A stretch of DNA of 64,000 bases from a bacterium. GTDB taxonomy: Bacteria > Bacteroidota > Ignavibacteria > Kapaibacteriales > Kapaibacteriaceae. The stretch is taken from NCBI GenBank assembly GCA_036840065.1, contig DAITZZ010000006.1, forward strand, positions 8,465-72,464, written 5' to 3'. Of the stretch, positions 10,237-20,854 are shown piece after piece (the stretch's first letter is position 1; each line of letters starts with the position of its first letter). The notes beneath the pieces were generated by a model. That model was not told the DNA's origin, searched no databases, and was given only the letters and a program-made list of their open reading frames with translations. The translations under genes were made by a program, and so were the position numbers.

Positions 10237-11100
10237 ATGAGGATTACCAAACAGTACACCAACCGCGAGAGTCAGTCACTCGACAAATACCTGCAGGAGA
10301 TCGGCCGAGTCGACCTTCTCACGGGTGATGACGAGATCGTGCTGGCGCAGACCATCCGCAAGGGTGGCTTTGAAGGTGCTCAGGCACTTGAGCGGCTGGT
10401 CAAGGCTAACCTTCGCTTCGTCGTGTCCGTCGCCAAGCAGTACCAGAATCAGGGTCTGTCTCTGGGTGACCTGATCAACGAAGGGAACCTGGGTCTGATC
10501 AAAGCTGCCAAGCGTTTCGATGAAACACGGGGCTTCAAGTTTATCTCCTATGCCGTCTGGTGGATTCGCCAGAGCATTCTTCAGGCCTTGGCCGAGCAGT
10601 CACGTATCGTGCGCTTGCCACTGAACCGCGTAGGCGCCCTGAACAAGATCGGCAAGAAGTTCTCCGAACTGGAACAGCAATACGAGCGTGAACCAACCGC
10701 GGCCGAGCTTGCCGAACAGTTGGAGATGTCCATCGCCGAGATCTCGGAAACGATCAAGATCTCGGGCCGTCACCTGTCGGTGGACGCGCCCTTCGTGCAG
10801 GGCGAAGACAATCGCCTTCTGGACATCCTGCCGAATGACCAGCAGCCGCCGCCGGATAGCGAGCTGATGCGCGAGTCGCTTCGTGTGGAAGTTCAGCAGG
10901 TGCTCAACACGCTCAGCGAGCGCGAGGCCGAGGTTATCCGTCTGTATTTCGGACTTGATGACCAGCAGGCTCTGACGCTGGAAGAGATCGGCGAAAAGTT
11001 CAATCTTACGCGCGAACGTGTGCGCCAGATCAAGGAAAAGGCCATCCGTCGCCTGCGTCACGCCTCCCGCAGCAAGGCACTGCGCACATATCTGGGTTGA
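10237..11100 (+). CDS. rpoD: primary RNA polymerase sigma factor (short FCB-group RpoD/SigA type)
   Basis: 287 aa with region 2 ([10 protein letters not shown]) and region 4.2 ([23 protein letters not shown]). The N-terminus [21 protein letters not shown] is typical of FCB primary sigma factors. Confidence 0.9.
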   Translation: MRITKQYTNRESQSLDKYLQEIGRVDLLTGDDEIVLAQTIRKGGFEGAQALERLVKANLRFVVSVAKQYQNQGLSLGDLINEGNLGLIKAAKRFDETRGFKFISYAVWWIRQSILQALAEQSRIVRLPLNRVGALNKIGKKFSELEQQYEREPTAAELAEQLEMSIAEISETIKISGRHLSVDAPFVQGEDNRLLDILPNDQQPPPDSELMRESLRVEVQQVLNTLSEREAEVIRLYFGLDDQQALTLEEIGEKFNLTRERVRQIKEKAIRRLRHASRSKALRTYLG

Positions 11101-11145
11101 TCTGGGCGGCGCTGGATAGAGCAACGACCGACGCCTGAAGTAGAA

Positions 11146-11694
11146 ATGAGCACGTTTGACGAGTATCTGGGCGTGATCACACGTTCGCATGGACTCGATG
11201 GAACGATGGTCCTGACGGACGTTGTGGTCCTGCCGCGCCCCCTTACGCCGGGCTCGGAAGTGGCCATCGGCTACAGTCGCGACTTTGCGCAACCCCATGT
11301 GGTGGCGCACTTTGAATCGACCCCATTTCGCACAACGCTGAGGCTGCTTGGCGTGACCAGCGCCGAAGCCGTGACGCCCCTTGTCGATCAGGCCGTCTAT
11401 GCCCGTTCTTCGGACGTCGGCATCGATGCAACGAGCCGCTTTCGCATCGGCGATGTTGAGGGTTGCACGGTCATCGATGAGTCGGGCGCAATACTCGGGA
11501 CGATCACCGATGTATGGCTGATGCCTGCGAATGATGTCTGGGTTATGACGCTGCCCGACGGCCGCACGATCCCACTACCGGTGATCGATGACGTGATCCT
11601 GACGGTCGATCCACAGGCACGCCTGATCACCGTGCGTCTGCTACCGGGACTGGCCGAATTGGGTACTGCCGCCGAGGAACGTGATGATGAATGA
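11146..11694 (+). CDS. rimM: 16S rRNA processing protein RimM
   Basis: 182 aa. N-terminal GVITRSHGLDGTMV (RimM barrel) plus a PRC-barrel C-terminus, positioned directly upstream of trmD. Confidence 0.85.
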   Translation: MSTFDEYLGVITRSHGLDGTMVLTDVVVLPRPLTPGSEVAIGYSRDFAQPHVVAHFESTPFRTTLRLLGVTSAEAVTPLVDQAVYARSSDVGIDATSRFRIGDVEGCTVIDESGAILGTITDVWLMPANDVWVMTLPDGRTIPLPVIDDVILTVDPQARLITVRLLPGLAELGTAAEERDDE

Positions 11695-12394
11695 GTCACC
11701 GATCCGCATCGACATCGTCTGTGTGGTGCCGCAGATCCTCGAGTCGTTCATCTCTACCTCTATCGTTGGACGTGCCCGTCAGAAGGGGCTCGCAGAGATC
11801 GTGCTGCACAATCTGCATGACTATGCAACCGATACGTTCCGGCACATCGACGACACTCCATACGGAGGAGGCGCCGGCATGGTCATCCAATGCGAGCCGG
11901 TCTTCCGCTGCATCGAATCCCTGCAGAATGAGCGCACCTACCAGGAGGTCATCTACCTCTGCCCGGATGGTGCCGTGCTCGACCAGCGGACGTGCAACGA
12001 GCTGTCGCTGAATGGTTCGATGATCCTGCTATGCGGTCACTACAAAGGCATTGATCAGCGCATCCGCGACGTCCTCGTCACCCGCGAGATCTCGGTCGGC
12101 GACTACGTACTGACCGGTGGAGAGATCGCCGCCGCCGTCTTGACCGATGCCATCGTCCGCCTTGTACCGGGCGTGGTCGGAGACGCCGAGAGTGTGCTCG
12201 AAGACTCGTTCATGCATGGGCTTCTTGATGCGCCGCTCTATACCAAGCCGGCGGACTTTCGTGGACATCAGGTGCCCGATGTTCTCATGAGTGGCAACCA
12301 TGCGCACATCCGTCAGTGGCGCGCCGAGCAGGCGCTCGAGCGTACGCGGCAGAGGCGTCCGGATCTGCTATCAGACCGCGAGGACGCGTCGTGA
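11681..12394 (+). CDS. trmD: tRNA (guanine37-N1)-methyltransferase
   Basis: DDTPYGGGAGMV, LLCGHYKGIDQR and YVLTGGE motifs. Overlaps rimM by 14 nt. Confidence 0.92.
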   Translation: MMMNESPIRIDIVCVVPQILESFISTSIVGRARQKGLAEIVLHNLHDYATDTFRHIDDTPYGGGAGMVIQCEPVFRCIESLQNERTYQEVIYLCPDGAVLDQRTCNELSLNGSMILLCGHYKGIDQRIRDVLVTREISVGDYVLTGGEIAAAVLTDAIVRLVPGVVGDAESVLEDSFMHGLLDAPLYTKPADFRGHQVPDVLMSGNHAHIRQWRAEQALERTRQRRPDLLSDREDAS

Positions 12395-13254
12395 TCGCCG
12401 AATCAAGTATCAGTGTGCAGAACCGTCATGGTGACCTCCTGCACACAACCGTGACGATGCCGGCTTCCGATGCCTCGCAGCATCCGCTGCTGTTGATCCT
12501 GCACGGCCATAAGGGCTTTCGCAACTACGGCTTCCTTCCCTGGATCTCGCAAGGGGCTTCTGCCAGTGGTATGATTGCTCTGCGAATGTGCTTCTCACTT
12601 AACGGCATGGACAACACGGCGTGGCTCGTGCAAAAGCCCGACGACTTCGCGCGCAATACGCTTTCGCGCGAAGTCGACGACGTGCATGACCTTCTGGCGC
12701 AGCTTCGCTCGCACGATGAGTTCGCCGCGCTTCGTCAGCGCTGGAACGGACGTCTGGCCATTGCCGGGCACTCCCGCGGTGGAGGCATTGCCCAGGTAGC
12801 GGCCGGCGAACTGACGTACAATCGCGATGTGGTCGCATCGAACCTGCGCGTGGTTGGACTCAACTCCGTCGGCACGTGGAGGCGCTGGACGGCGCGGCAG
12901 GCCGAGGCATGGCGTCGTGCCGGGTATGTCGACGTGAACAACCAGCGAACCGGGCAGACCGTGCGAATCAATGCGAGCTTTGTTGATGATCTCGAAGCAA
13001 ACGCCAAACGGTTATCGCTCACGCAGGCCGTTGAGCGCCTGGATGGGCGGATGCTGTTTATCCATGCCGCGCAGGACCTCACAGTGCCCCTTGCCGAAAT
13101 CCGCGACCTTGCCGTGCATGCACCGGGCGGACAGAATCTGACCGTGATCGAAAACACAACACATACCTTCGGCATGACGCATCCGGTGGAGCGCATCACG
13201 CCAGGATTCCTTGAGGCCTTTACGCAGATGATGAATTGGGTACAGCCGGAATGA
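12391..13254 (+). CDS. alpha/beta hydrolase fold protein
   Basis: Nucleophile elbow GHSRGG and HGHKGF near the N-terminus. I place the start at GTG 12391 (GTGA overlap with the trmD stop) rather than at the ORF-track start 12316, which lies inside trmD. Confidence 0.65.
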   Translation: MIAESSISVQNRHGDLLHTTVTMPASDASQHPLLLILHGHKGFRNYGFLPWISQGASASGMIALRMCFSLNGMDNTAWLVQKPDDFARNTLSREVDDVHDLLAQLRSHDEFAALRQRWNGRLAIAGHSRGGGIAQVAAGELTYNRDVVASNLRVVGLNSVGTWRRWTARQAEAWRRAGYVDVNNQRTGQTVRINASFVDDLEANAKRLSLTQAVERLDGRMLFIHAAQDLTVPLAEIRDLAVHAPGGQNLTVIENTTHTFGMTHPVERITPGFLEAFTQMMNWVQPE

Positions 13255-13688
13255 GAACACGTCTGCATGGCATGATCATCACTGCCCTTTTCGCCGCTAC
13301 GGTCGCGGGCTGTGAACTGTTTGTTATCGGTTCAACCCAGCGCCGTGCCCCGGTGATCGAGCGCAGTCAGAGATCATCGGCCGGAGTAGTGCATGTGTTC
13401 AAGGCCGAGATCGACAGCGGCAACACCACAGCGGCAACAGAGCTGATGGTCGGCCCTACGGGGCGGCCCCTGCTTGCCGTGGAGAAGTATGAGCTGGCCG
13501 ACGATCTTGTGCGCTGGCGGGCAGTGATGGCTGGTGTGGCGATCTCAGAAACGCGTGTTGACACCGTGTCAGAGTCTGTACACGACGTTACCATCACGCT
13601 CGATTACATCCGGAAGATGCAGTTCGGCACACTGCGTAAAGACGGCCAGTGGTGGATCACCAGGATCACCGATCTGCGTCGCAAATAA
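13251..13688 (+). CDS. hypothetical lipoprotein
   Basis: MRTRLHGMIITALFAATVAGC has a signal peptide with a lipobox-like VAGC. ATGA overlap with the upstream stop. No recognisable family. Confidence 0.55.
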   Translation: MRTRLHGMIITALFAATVAGCELFVIGSTQRRAPVIERSQRSSAGVVHVFKAEIDSGNTTAATELMVGPTGRPLLAVEKYELADDLVRWRAVMAGVAISETRVDTVSESVHDVTITLDYIRKMQFGTLRKDGQWWITRITDLRRK

Positions 13689-13729
13689 CTCCGTCGCACC
13701 GCGATCAGCCAGCAAGGGCAGGGGGCTTA

Positions 13730-15067
13730 TCAGTGCACAACAGCCACAGGCACTGAACGCACGCCACCATCTGAACGGATGACGGCAGAGTACATGCCCG
13801 ACGGGATATGGCTTGTCGACAGCCACACACTTGTGGATGCACCGGCTCCGGCTACCGCTCTGTGTGACGGGATCACCTGACGCCCGGCGGCATCGACCAG
13901 TTCGATCTCATACGTTCCGGCATCCTGCGCACCAAGCTCGATGCGAAGCCGGTCTGTTGCCGGGTTCGGGAAGGCGTCAATACGCAGCTTCGAAAGGTTC
14001 TCGTTGACCGATGCTAGTCCGAGGTGACGCATGACGAAACCCTGAATCGGAGCGACGTACTCAGCACCATCCGGAGAAATGACAATCGCCCTGGCGGCGC
14101 CGTCATCGCCCTCAAAACCCTCCTTGATTGCCGTCCACGATTCGCCGTAATTCGTGCTCAGCATCGGACCTGATGACTTTTCCAGCGTGGCCCAGATGCG
14201 GCCGTTCTTTCCAATAGAGATCGAGCTGATCCGATTGTTGGTGACGTCGCGATTGTCCCAACCATTTGTCAGATAGGACCATGACTCACCGTCATTGGTG
14301 GACTTCATGACCACCGCGTTCGGTGTCTTTGTTGATCCCGGAAGCGCATTACGCCCGACATAGAGATGCCCCTTTTCGTCAGAGGCCATTTGTCGAAACG
14401 TATCATCACTCTCACCGGAGGATGCATCGGTATCGATGCGCGCCCATGACGCACCACCATTGGTCGTGCGGTAAAGCCCCTTGTTGTAGCTGACAAGCAC
14501 AAACAGCTTGTCGGAATTGGGCGAGATGAAGACACCGAAGATCGAGTTCGTCGCCGAAGGGATGTTCGAGCGAGACACCTCGGTGAAGGTCTCTCCACCA
14601 TCATTCGACAGGCGCATCAGAAGCTTGGTAGGACCACCGTCATAACCAACGAAGATCTGCAACGCACCTGTGGTAAGGGGCTTGAGGTGGAAAAACAGCC
14701 GGCTCGATGGCGTCATGCCATCGATTTTGAGATCCAGCTTCCGCCACGTCTCACCGTTGTCATCCGAGCGCAACAGACCCAGACCATAGACCGCCGCGAA
14801 CAGCACATCATTCGGACCAACCTTGATCTGGGCGATCGTCATGAAATCCATTCCGGTGGCGATGCCATTCTCAAACGGCTCCCAGTTGGTGCCTCTGTCG
14901 GTGGTGCGATAGACCTTGCTGAACTGTGTTCCGGCAAAGACATGCCCCTTGGAGTTCGCGGCCAGGCATACGGTAGGTGCTGGTGGACCGCTCGTCTGCT
15001 CCCAGTACTGGGCGCTGGCAACAGCAGTGCAGGCAAAAAGGCAAAGGGCGAATCGCAGCATGTTCAT
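13730..15067 (-). CDS. BNR/Asp-box repeat (sialidase or Ycf48-like beta-propeller) protein with T9SS C-terminal sorting domain
   Basis: Signal peptide MNMLRFALCLFACTAVASAQ with GAGGAAAG ahead of ATG 15067. Repeated Asp-boxes (DRGTNWEP, DNGETWRK, DGGETFTE, NGGASWAR, DGESWSY, YGESWTA). The tail FPNPATDRLRIEL...YSAVIRSDGG fits the Por sorting domain. Confidence 0.75.
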   Translation of the reverse strand: MNMLRFALCLFACTAVASAQYWEQTSGPPAPTVCLAANSKGHVFAGTQFSKVYRTTDRGTNWEPFENGIATGMDFMTIAQIKVGPNDVLFAAVYGLGLLRSDDNGETWRKLDLKIDGMTPSSRLFFHLKPLTTGALQIFVGYDGGPTKLLMRLSNDGGETFTEVSRSNIPSATNSIFGVFISPNSDKLFVLVSYNKGLYRTTNGGASWARIDTDASSGESDDTFRQMASDEKGHLYVGRNALPGSTKTPNAVVMKSTNDGESWSYLTNGWDNRDVTNNRISSISIGKNGRIWATLEKSSGPMLSTNYGESWTAIKEGFEGDDGAARAIVISPDGAEYVAPIQGFVMRHLGLASVNENLSKLRIDAFPNPATDRLRIELGAQDAGTYEIELVDAAGRQVIPSHRAVAGAGASTSVWLSTSHIPSGMYSAVIRSDGGVRSVPVAVVH

Positions 15068-15162
15068 GGTCTTTCCTCGACGGTTGATCGGCACGCCGCG
15101 CAGTGCGGCCGCGTATGTTTGTGACTACGAAAGTTACCACATTTTCAGAGAGCCATCGACAC

Positions 15163-16590
15163 ATGCACATTCACTTCACCGGCATCGGAGGCACCGCAAT
15201 GGGATCGGTTGCCGTGGCCTGCAGAATGCAGGGACACACCGTTACGGGTAGCGATGGCCCGGTCTATGAACCGATGTGCTCGGTTCTCGACGAAGCGGGA
15301 ATTGACCGGCGTGAGTCGTACGATGCACAGGCTCTTTCCGACTCTCGGCCGGATCTCGTCGTGATCGGCAATGCCATCAGCCGGGGTAATCCTGAGCTTG
15401 AGTTTGTTCTCGATCAGCGCTGGGACATGACCTCCATGGCTGACCTCGTTGGCCGACTGTTCATCTCCCGCAACACGTCGATCGTCTGTTGCGGTACTCA
15501 CGGCAAGACCACAACATCAAGCATAACGGCATGGCTTCTGGAGCACGCCGGCCGAAGTCCCGGCTTTCTCATCGGAGGTGTGCCGGGCAACTTCTCCGTC
15601 GGGTGCCGCCCCGTCCCATCGCACCTGCACGACACGTTCGGCGGGGTCTTCGTCAGCGAAGGCGACGAATACGACACGGCCTTCTTCGACAAACGCAGCA
15701 AGTTCGTGCATTATCGGCCAACGATCGCCGTGATCAACAATCTCGAGTTTGACCATGCCGATATCTTCGATGATCTCGAGGCGATCATTCGCAGCTTCCG
15801 CCAGATGGTGCGCATTGTGCCGTCATCGGGCGTCGTACTCGTCAATGCCGACGACCCCAACGCCCTGCGAGCCGCCGAAGGATGCCCTACGAGGCGAGAA
15901 ACGGTAGGCCTGAACGCCGATGCCACATGGCGCATCCATGACCTGCAGGAGCAAGGCGAACAGACATCATGGTGTATAGACTACAATGGCTCGCTCTATG
16001 GTCGTTTCACACTGGCCATGCCGGGCCTGCACAACGTGCGCAATGCGACCATGGCCATTGCTTCAACTTTCCATGCAGGGCTGACACCGCAGGAACAGCA
16101 GCTGGCAATGCCGGCCTACTTGCCACCAAAGCGCCGACTCGAAGTTCTCGGTTCATGGAAGGGGGCTGAGATCATTGATGACTTTGCCCACCATCCAACA
16201 GCGATCGCTGCGACTATCTCGGCGCTGCGCCAGAAGTATCCATCGGCAGGGATCCATGTGGTGTTTGAGCCCCGTTCCAATACCACCACGCGAAACTTTT
16301 TTCAGAAGGAACTCGGCGAGTGTTTCGCGGGCGCTGCATCGGTATGTCTTGGCCCGGTCAACCGGCCAGAGCGGTACTCGGAGAACGAGCGGCTCGACAC
16401 AGCGAAGCTCGTCGAAGAGATCGCCCGCTGCGGCGTCGAAGCGTTCTCGATCGATTCGGCCCGGGCAGCCGACCCTTCATGGGGTAGCGACGCCATGGAG
16501 TTCCTCGGTCGCCGCGTCAAGTCGGGTGACGTCGTGGCTATCCTCAGCAATGGCAATGTTGGCGGTCTGCGGCGGATGCTCACCGCCTGA
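15163..16590 (+). CDS. mpl: UDP-N-acetylmuramate:L-alanyl-gamma-D-glutamyl-meso-diaminopimelate ligase
   Basis: MHIHFTGIGGTAMGSVA...VTGSDGPVYEPM...VIGNAISRGNPE, and GTHGKTTT. Start taken at ATG 15163. Confidence 0.85.
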   Translation: MHIHFTGIGGTAMGSVAVACRMQGHTVTGSDGPVYEPMCSVLDEAGIDRRESYDAQALSDSRPDLVVIGNAISRGNPELEFVLDQRWDMTSMADLVGRLFISRNTSIVCCGTHGKTTTSSITAWLLEHAGRSPGFLIGGVPGNFSVGCRPVPSHLHDTFGGVFVSEGDEYDTAFFDKRSKFVHYRPTIAVINNLEFDHADIFDDLEAIIRSFRQMVRIVPSSGVVLVNADDPNALRAAEGCPTRRETVGLNADATWRIHDLQEQGEQTSWCIDYNGSLYGRFTLAMPGLHNVRNATMAIASTFHAGLTPQEQQLAMPAYLPPKRRLEVLGSWKGAEIIDDFAHHPTAIAATISALRQKYPSAGIHVVFEPRSNTTTRNFFQKELGECFAGAASVCLGPVNRPERYSENERLDTAKLVEEIARCGVEAFSIDSARAADPSWGSDAMEFLGRRVKSGDVVAILSNGNVGGLRRMLTA

Positions 16591-16603
16591 GAACGTCTGC
16601 CGC

Positions 16604-19600
16604 TCAGCGTTCGATCCAAACCTTCCGAAGAACGGGCCCAGCATCGGGATTGGATTCATCTCTGACGCGCACGTAGTAGAGTCCCGGAACCAGACTGCGG
16701 CCGTCGCTTAGCCTCAGATCCCACTCAATGCCCCCTATACCGGAGGTGGTCTCGAGCCGCCTGAGAGGCGCAAACGACGCATCGAGCACCTCTACGGTTG
16801 CCGCCGATGGAAGACCGCCGATGGTCAGTGCAGCATGCTGACCCAGGCGCAGTGGCTGAGGATAGGCGTACACGGACTCAAGATCAGGAGCAACAACGGT
16901 AAAGAGCAGTGTGGACCCCGCGCCCAGCGTCATCTTCGTGCCGCTGGCCGACGTGACCGCTGTGGCAGTGATGGCGTATGGCACACCGCGCGGCTCGAGC
17001 GGCCTCTCTCCATCGAGCAGAAGCTGAAGCGTCGCCTCACCTGTGCGAACAACCGAGATGATGCGGCCAGCCGGTGAAAGACGGTAGGACGTAACCTGCT
17101 CGGCACTCTGATCGACCGGTTCGCTGAACGCAACGCGAATCTGCCGCAGGGATTCCACCGTAACGGATGCGAGGGTGATCTCCCGCAATGGCGGCTCATC
17201 CGAAATCACCTCGACGACGATCACGGTATCGGCAAGCCCCCTGCCCTGCGCATCACGAACACCGCGCAGACCAATGCCGATGCTACTGCCGGGCTCATGA
17301 GCTGGGAACGAAACGATCATGTCTCTGAGCGATCTCGGAACGACCGATGTGGCCCGGCCGACAACCCTGCCGGAATGATCGACGTACTCAATCATCGTCG
17401 TTGTCAATGAACGCACATCAAGGTCGGCCGTCGCGATCATCTGCATGATCAGTCCGGCTTGCACCTCTGAGCGGCGAACCGTGTCACGGGCCGACAAAAC
17501 ACGAGGCGATGATCCTCGACGGACAGCTGTGACGGTGTTCGAAGGCGAGGATAGTGTCCCGGTCGAAGCATCCAGCGCGCGCACGCGGAAGCGCATCACC
17601 GGCGCCGTGAAGGAACTCGCTGCGAGGCTGAAGGTGATGCTGTTGGTGGTGTCTAGCCACGTGAAGGGGGCTGATGACTCTGCCCATTCGATCACCGACA
17701 GCTTATCTGCGCTCGAACGAATCCAGTCCAGTTGCAGGTCATCACCCGACCATTGAGCGCGTAGTGATGAAGGGGCCTCGAGTTCGTATGCGAGTGGTTC
17801 GGTAAACAGGAATGACGTCATCGCACCGATCTCGGCGATGGTCGTTCCATATCCGAGCTCACGTCGACCGTTTCCATCGAAGTCGTGGATGAGAAATCTC
17901 GGCGATGCCACGTCGGCGATGTAGCGTTTACACTCCATGGATGTATCGCGGCGATTGCGACCGAAAACATAGAGCCGAGGGAATGCGCACAGAACGATCT
18001 CGGCGCCTTTGACATCGTCGAGATCACCCACGAGCAGACCATTGCGAAATCCGGCACCGTAGCGAACGCCGGCCACGCGATCCTTCCATAGTTGCTCGAA
18101 CGTATTGTCCGCCGTGGAACCGAGCAGTGTGTAGGTCCACACCGATCGACCATAATCTCCATAGGCATCGGCCTCGATGCTATCAGGTACGGCGTAGACA
18201 ACGTCCGGCCTGCCATCGCCGGTCACATCACCCTGGGCCACGAAGCCTGAGCCCCCTGACCCGGGCTGCGTCAGGGTATAGGTCACATCAAACCGTGTCC
18301 CCTGCCACTCTCCGATCACCAGATCACCATCGGTGTCGCTAAAGGCGATCTCCATGCGTCCGTCGCCGTCAAAGTCGCCACTGGCTACACTGATCTCATC
18401 GACCCTGTTCATGGCGTTTCCCGGAGCAGGCGGAGTTGAATTGGTGATCGAGCCGAGCAGCCGAAACGCCGTGCCTTTGAACGTATAGACCACACATTCA
18501 TCGTCGGCCAGGCCGATCAGCTCCTCGCGCCCATCGCCGTCGATGTCGGCCATTCCGGCTCCGTTGACGCCCGAGGTTGTATCGGCAAAGATCACCGATG
18601 CAAAGGGGCTGCCACCCGGCTCACGCTGCTCGAAAAGGACCATCTTGCCGACGGTGTGCACGAGCAGATCCAGAAGTCCATTGCCATTGGCATCACCAAG
18701 ACCTCGAGGGATGTATACGTCGGGGATCGAATCTCGGGTGATCCAGCGTCCGTCAACATACTGCCGCGTTGCGAGCGCCCCGAACGTGCCGCGCGACATA
18801 TCGTTCATGACAACGGTGGATCGACCATCGCGGTAGATATCCCGCACGTCATTGAGGACGTAGCCGCTCCACGACGCCGCACCGGCCGCACGCCACTGTG
18901 AATCGGCACCTGCCCCCTGCCTCGAACTGCTGATCTCGATAGCGCTGTCACGCCGACTGCCTACCTCGGACCAGCAGCGAACGAGCAGATTCTGCTCGGC
19001 GGCACTGCCGAGCGTATCGGGAACGATCATCGAGTGCACACGGGCACGCCGAAGCGATTGCACCAGGGCGGCCGTATCGGTGCTGCTGGTTAGCTCACAG
19101 GCGCATGGCACAGAGGTTCGAACAGTTACAACGTCTGTGCGGCGATCGGTCTTCCATGCCGGCACGATCTCTATCGATCGTATGCTGAGGTCTGCCGACG
19201 GCGCCACCCGCACACGACGGAACACGTCCAGCGAGCGGCCGTCACTGCTGAGAACGCGAAGCCGCAGCGTGACCACCTGGCTGTCGCTCGCCGGCAGGCG
19301 CACGCTCCCCAGAAGTCCGTCGCGCACTGCCGTGGCTGACGTCGCAACGGTCGACCATGTCCGAGGGGCAAGGCCCTCAGCCCAGGCCAGCTCATAGCCG
19401 GAAAAGCTCGCCAGCATTGAACTGCCGCGCACATCAATCTGCGGAGTCTTGCTCGGGTCGAGCTCAATCTCATTGGACGGCTCGGTGATCTCCACGCGAC
19501 TCGGCGGACCGTCGGCAAGAGCCAGATCGGCCTGCAGCAGGCCGGCACCAAAGAGATCATCCCAGCCCCGTGGTCCCAGGTCGAGCGTCCTCTGCTGCAG

Positions 19601-20845
19601 TGTGGCCCGCACATCGGCTCGATCCATCGTCGGAAACTGCTCGCGCATCATGGCAATAGTGGCGGCAACGTACGGGGCTGAGAATGACGTGCCATTGACG
19701 GTGCGGTAGCGGGAGCCGACGGACGTTGTAACAATGGCTTGGCCGGGCGCGCAGAGCGCGACCAGGGCGCCGGATGATGAGAACGGCGAACGTTGATTTT
19801 CATCATTCGTCGCAGCCACAGCGATCACGTGATCATAGCCGGCCGGGAACTGCCGGGACGTCGTGCCGGTGTTACCGACCGAGGCAACGAGCAGGCAGCC
19901 GCGTTCATGGGCGAAGCGAATCGCATCGCGCATGAGCGGAGAATCAACGCCATCGCCAAAGCTCATGTTGATGACGTCAACACCCTGTAGTGCCAGGTAT
20001 ACGATTCCGGCCGCGATGTCATCCTCCTCGGCATTGCCAGTGGCATCAAACGCCCGAACGATCCGCAGGCGCGCGTCATATGCAAGTCCGGCGATTCCTC
20101 GGCGGTTGTTGGGTGTGGCAGCAATGACGCCCCCTACCAGCGTTCCGTGTCCCTGCTCATCGAACGGGATCGGGTCATACTCCCGGTCATCGCCAAGGTT
20201 GCGTGTTGCCTGATCCACAAGGTCTATACCGATCACGTCATCAACGATGCCATTACCGTCATTGTCAAGTCCGTCAAGGTCTCCCGTCAGACCACCTATC
20301 GTATCGCGATGTGACCATGCATCGAAGCGCTGATTACCATTACGGTCTTCCGCCGGCGTGATGCTGAGCGCCCCCACCAGATCTTCATGCGTCCAGTCAA
20401 TGCCGGTATCGATGATCCCCACCACCGTGCCCTTGCCGGTTGCCCGCTGCCAGGCCCTGGCGGCACCGATGCGATGTAGCGCATACTGCCGATCGGCAAG
20501 CGAGTCATCGCTGAGGGGCTCATCATGAAGTCGAAAGCGCGACAGGGGGCGAACCTCTTCGATGCCTTCAGTGCCGGCAAGTGCGGACCAGTCCATCCCG
20601 GATGGAAGGTCGATCACGACATAGCGTGCCAGCCGATCGATAAGTGCTCGCTGGGAAGACGATTGAAGTGCATCAGCCGCCTTGCCCTGCACGAGCGCAT
20701 CGGCAATGGCCGCATGAGGCATAAACGGCAGAAGCCGCTCCGGCATCGTCCGAGAATTCAGGCGCACCAGGACACGGTTCTGAGCAAGAGCCTGACCCGT
20801 ACTGACAAGTACGGCAACAACGATGATGGTGGTGAGCAGCTTCAC
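16604..20845 (-). CDS. S8 (subtilisin) family serine protease fused to FG-GAP/VCBS-like repeats, with a C-terminal sorting-type domain
   Basis: Signal peptide and catalytic triad blocks DTGIDWTHEDL, HGTLVGGVIA and GTSFSAPYVAA. Several Ca-binding FG-GAP-like motifs (DIDGDGREEL, GDFDGDGRMEI, GDVTGDGRPDVV, HDFDGNGRREL). The tail YAYPQPL...GLYYVRV is sorting-type. Confidence 0.85.
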   Translation of the reverse strand: MKLLTTIIVVAVLVSTGQALAQNRVLVRLNSRTMPERLLPFMPHAAIADALVQGKAADALQSSSQRALIDRLARYVVIDLPSGMDWSALAGTEGIEEVRPLSRFRLHDEPLSDDSLADRQYALHRIGAARAWQRATGKGTVVGIIDTGIDWTHEDLVGALSITPAEDRNGNQRFDAWSHRDTIGGLTGDLDGLDNDGNGIVDDVIGIDLVDQATRNLGDDREYDPIPFDEQGHGTLVGGVIAATPNNRRGIAGLAYDARLRIVRAFDATGNAEEDDIAAGIVYLALQGVDVINMSFGDGVDSPLMRDAIRFAHERGCLLVASVGNTGTTSRQFPAGYDHVIAVAATNDENQRSPFSSSGALVALCAPGQAIVTTSVGSRYRTVNGTSFSAPYVAATIAMMREQFPTMDRADVRATLQQRTLDLGPRGWDDLFGAGLLQADLALADGPPSRVEITEPSNEIELDPSKTPQIDVRGSSMLASFSGYELAWAEGLAPRTWSTVATSATAVRDGLLGSVRLPASDSQVVTLRLRVLSSDGRSLDVFRRVRVAPSADLSIRSIEIVPAWKTDRRTDVVTVRTSVPCACELTSSTDTAALVQSLRRARVHSMIVPDTLGSAAEQNLLVRCWSEVGSRRDSAIEISSSRQGAGADSQWRAAGAASWSGYVLNDVRDIYRDGRSTVVMNDMSRGTFGALATRQYVDGRWITRDSIPDVYIPRGLGDANGNGLLDLLVHTVGKMVLFEQREPGGSPFASVIFADTTSGVNGAGMADIDGDGREELIGLADDECVVYTFKGTAFRLLGSITNSTPPAPGNAMNRVDEISVASGDFDGDGRMEIAFSDTDGDLVIGEWQGTRFDVTYTLTQPGSGGSGFVAQGDVTGDGRPDVVYAVPDSIEADAYGDYGRSVWTYTLLGSTADNTFEQLWKDRVAGVRYGAGFRNGLLVGDLDDVKGAEIVLCAFPRLYVFGRNRRDTSMECKRYIADVASPRFLIHDFDGNGRRELGYGTTIAEIGAMTSFLFTEPLAYELEAPSSLRAQWSGDDLQLDWIRSSADKLSVIEWAESSAPFTWLDTTNSITFSLAASSFTAPVMRFRVRALDASTGTLSSPSNTVTAVRRGSSPRVLSARDTVRRSEVQAGLIMQMIATADLDVRSLTTTMIEYVDHSGRVVGRATSVVPRSLRDMIVSFPAHEPGSSIGIGLRGVRDAQGRGLADTVIVVEVISDEPPLREITLASVTVESLRQIRVAFSEPVDQSAEQVTSYRLSPAGRIISVVRTGEATLQLLLDGERPLEPRGVPYAITATAVTSASGTKMTLGAGSTLLFTVVAPDLESVYAYPQPLRLGQHAALTIGGLPSAATVEVLDASFAPLRRLETTSGIGGIEWDLRLSDGRSLVPGLYYVRVRDESNPDAGPVLRKVWIER

Positions 20846-20854
20846 GGCGATGTT

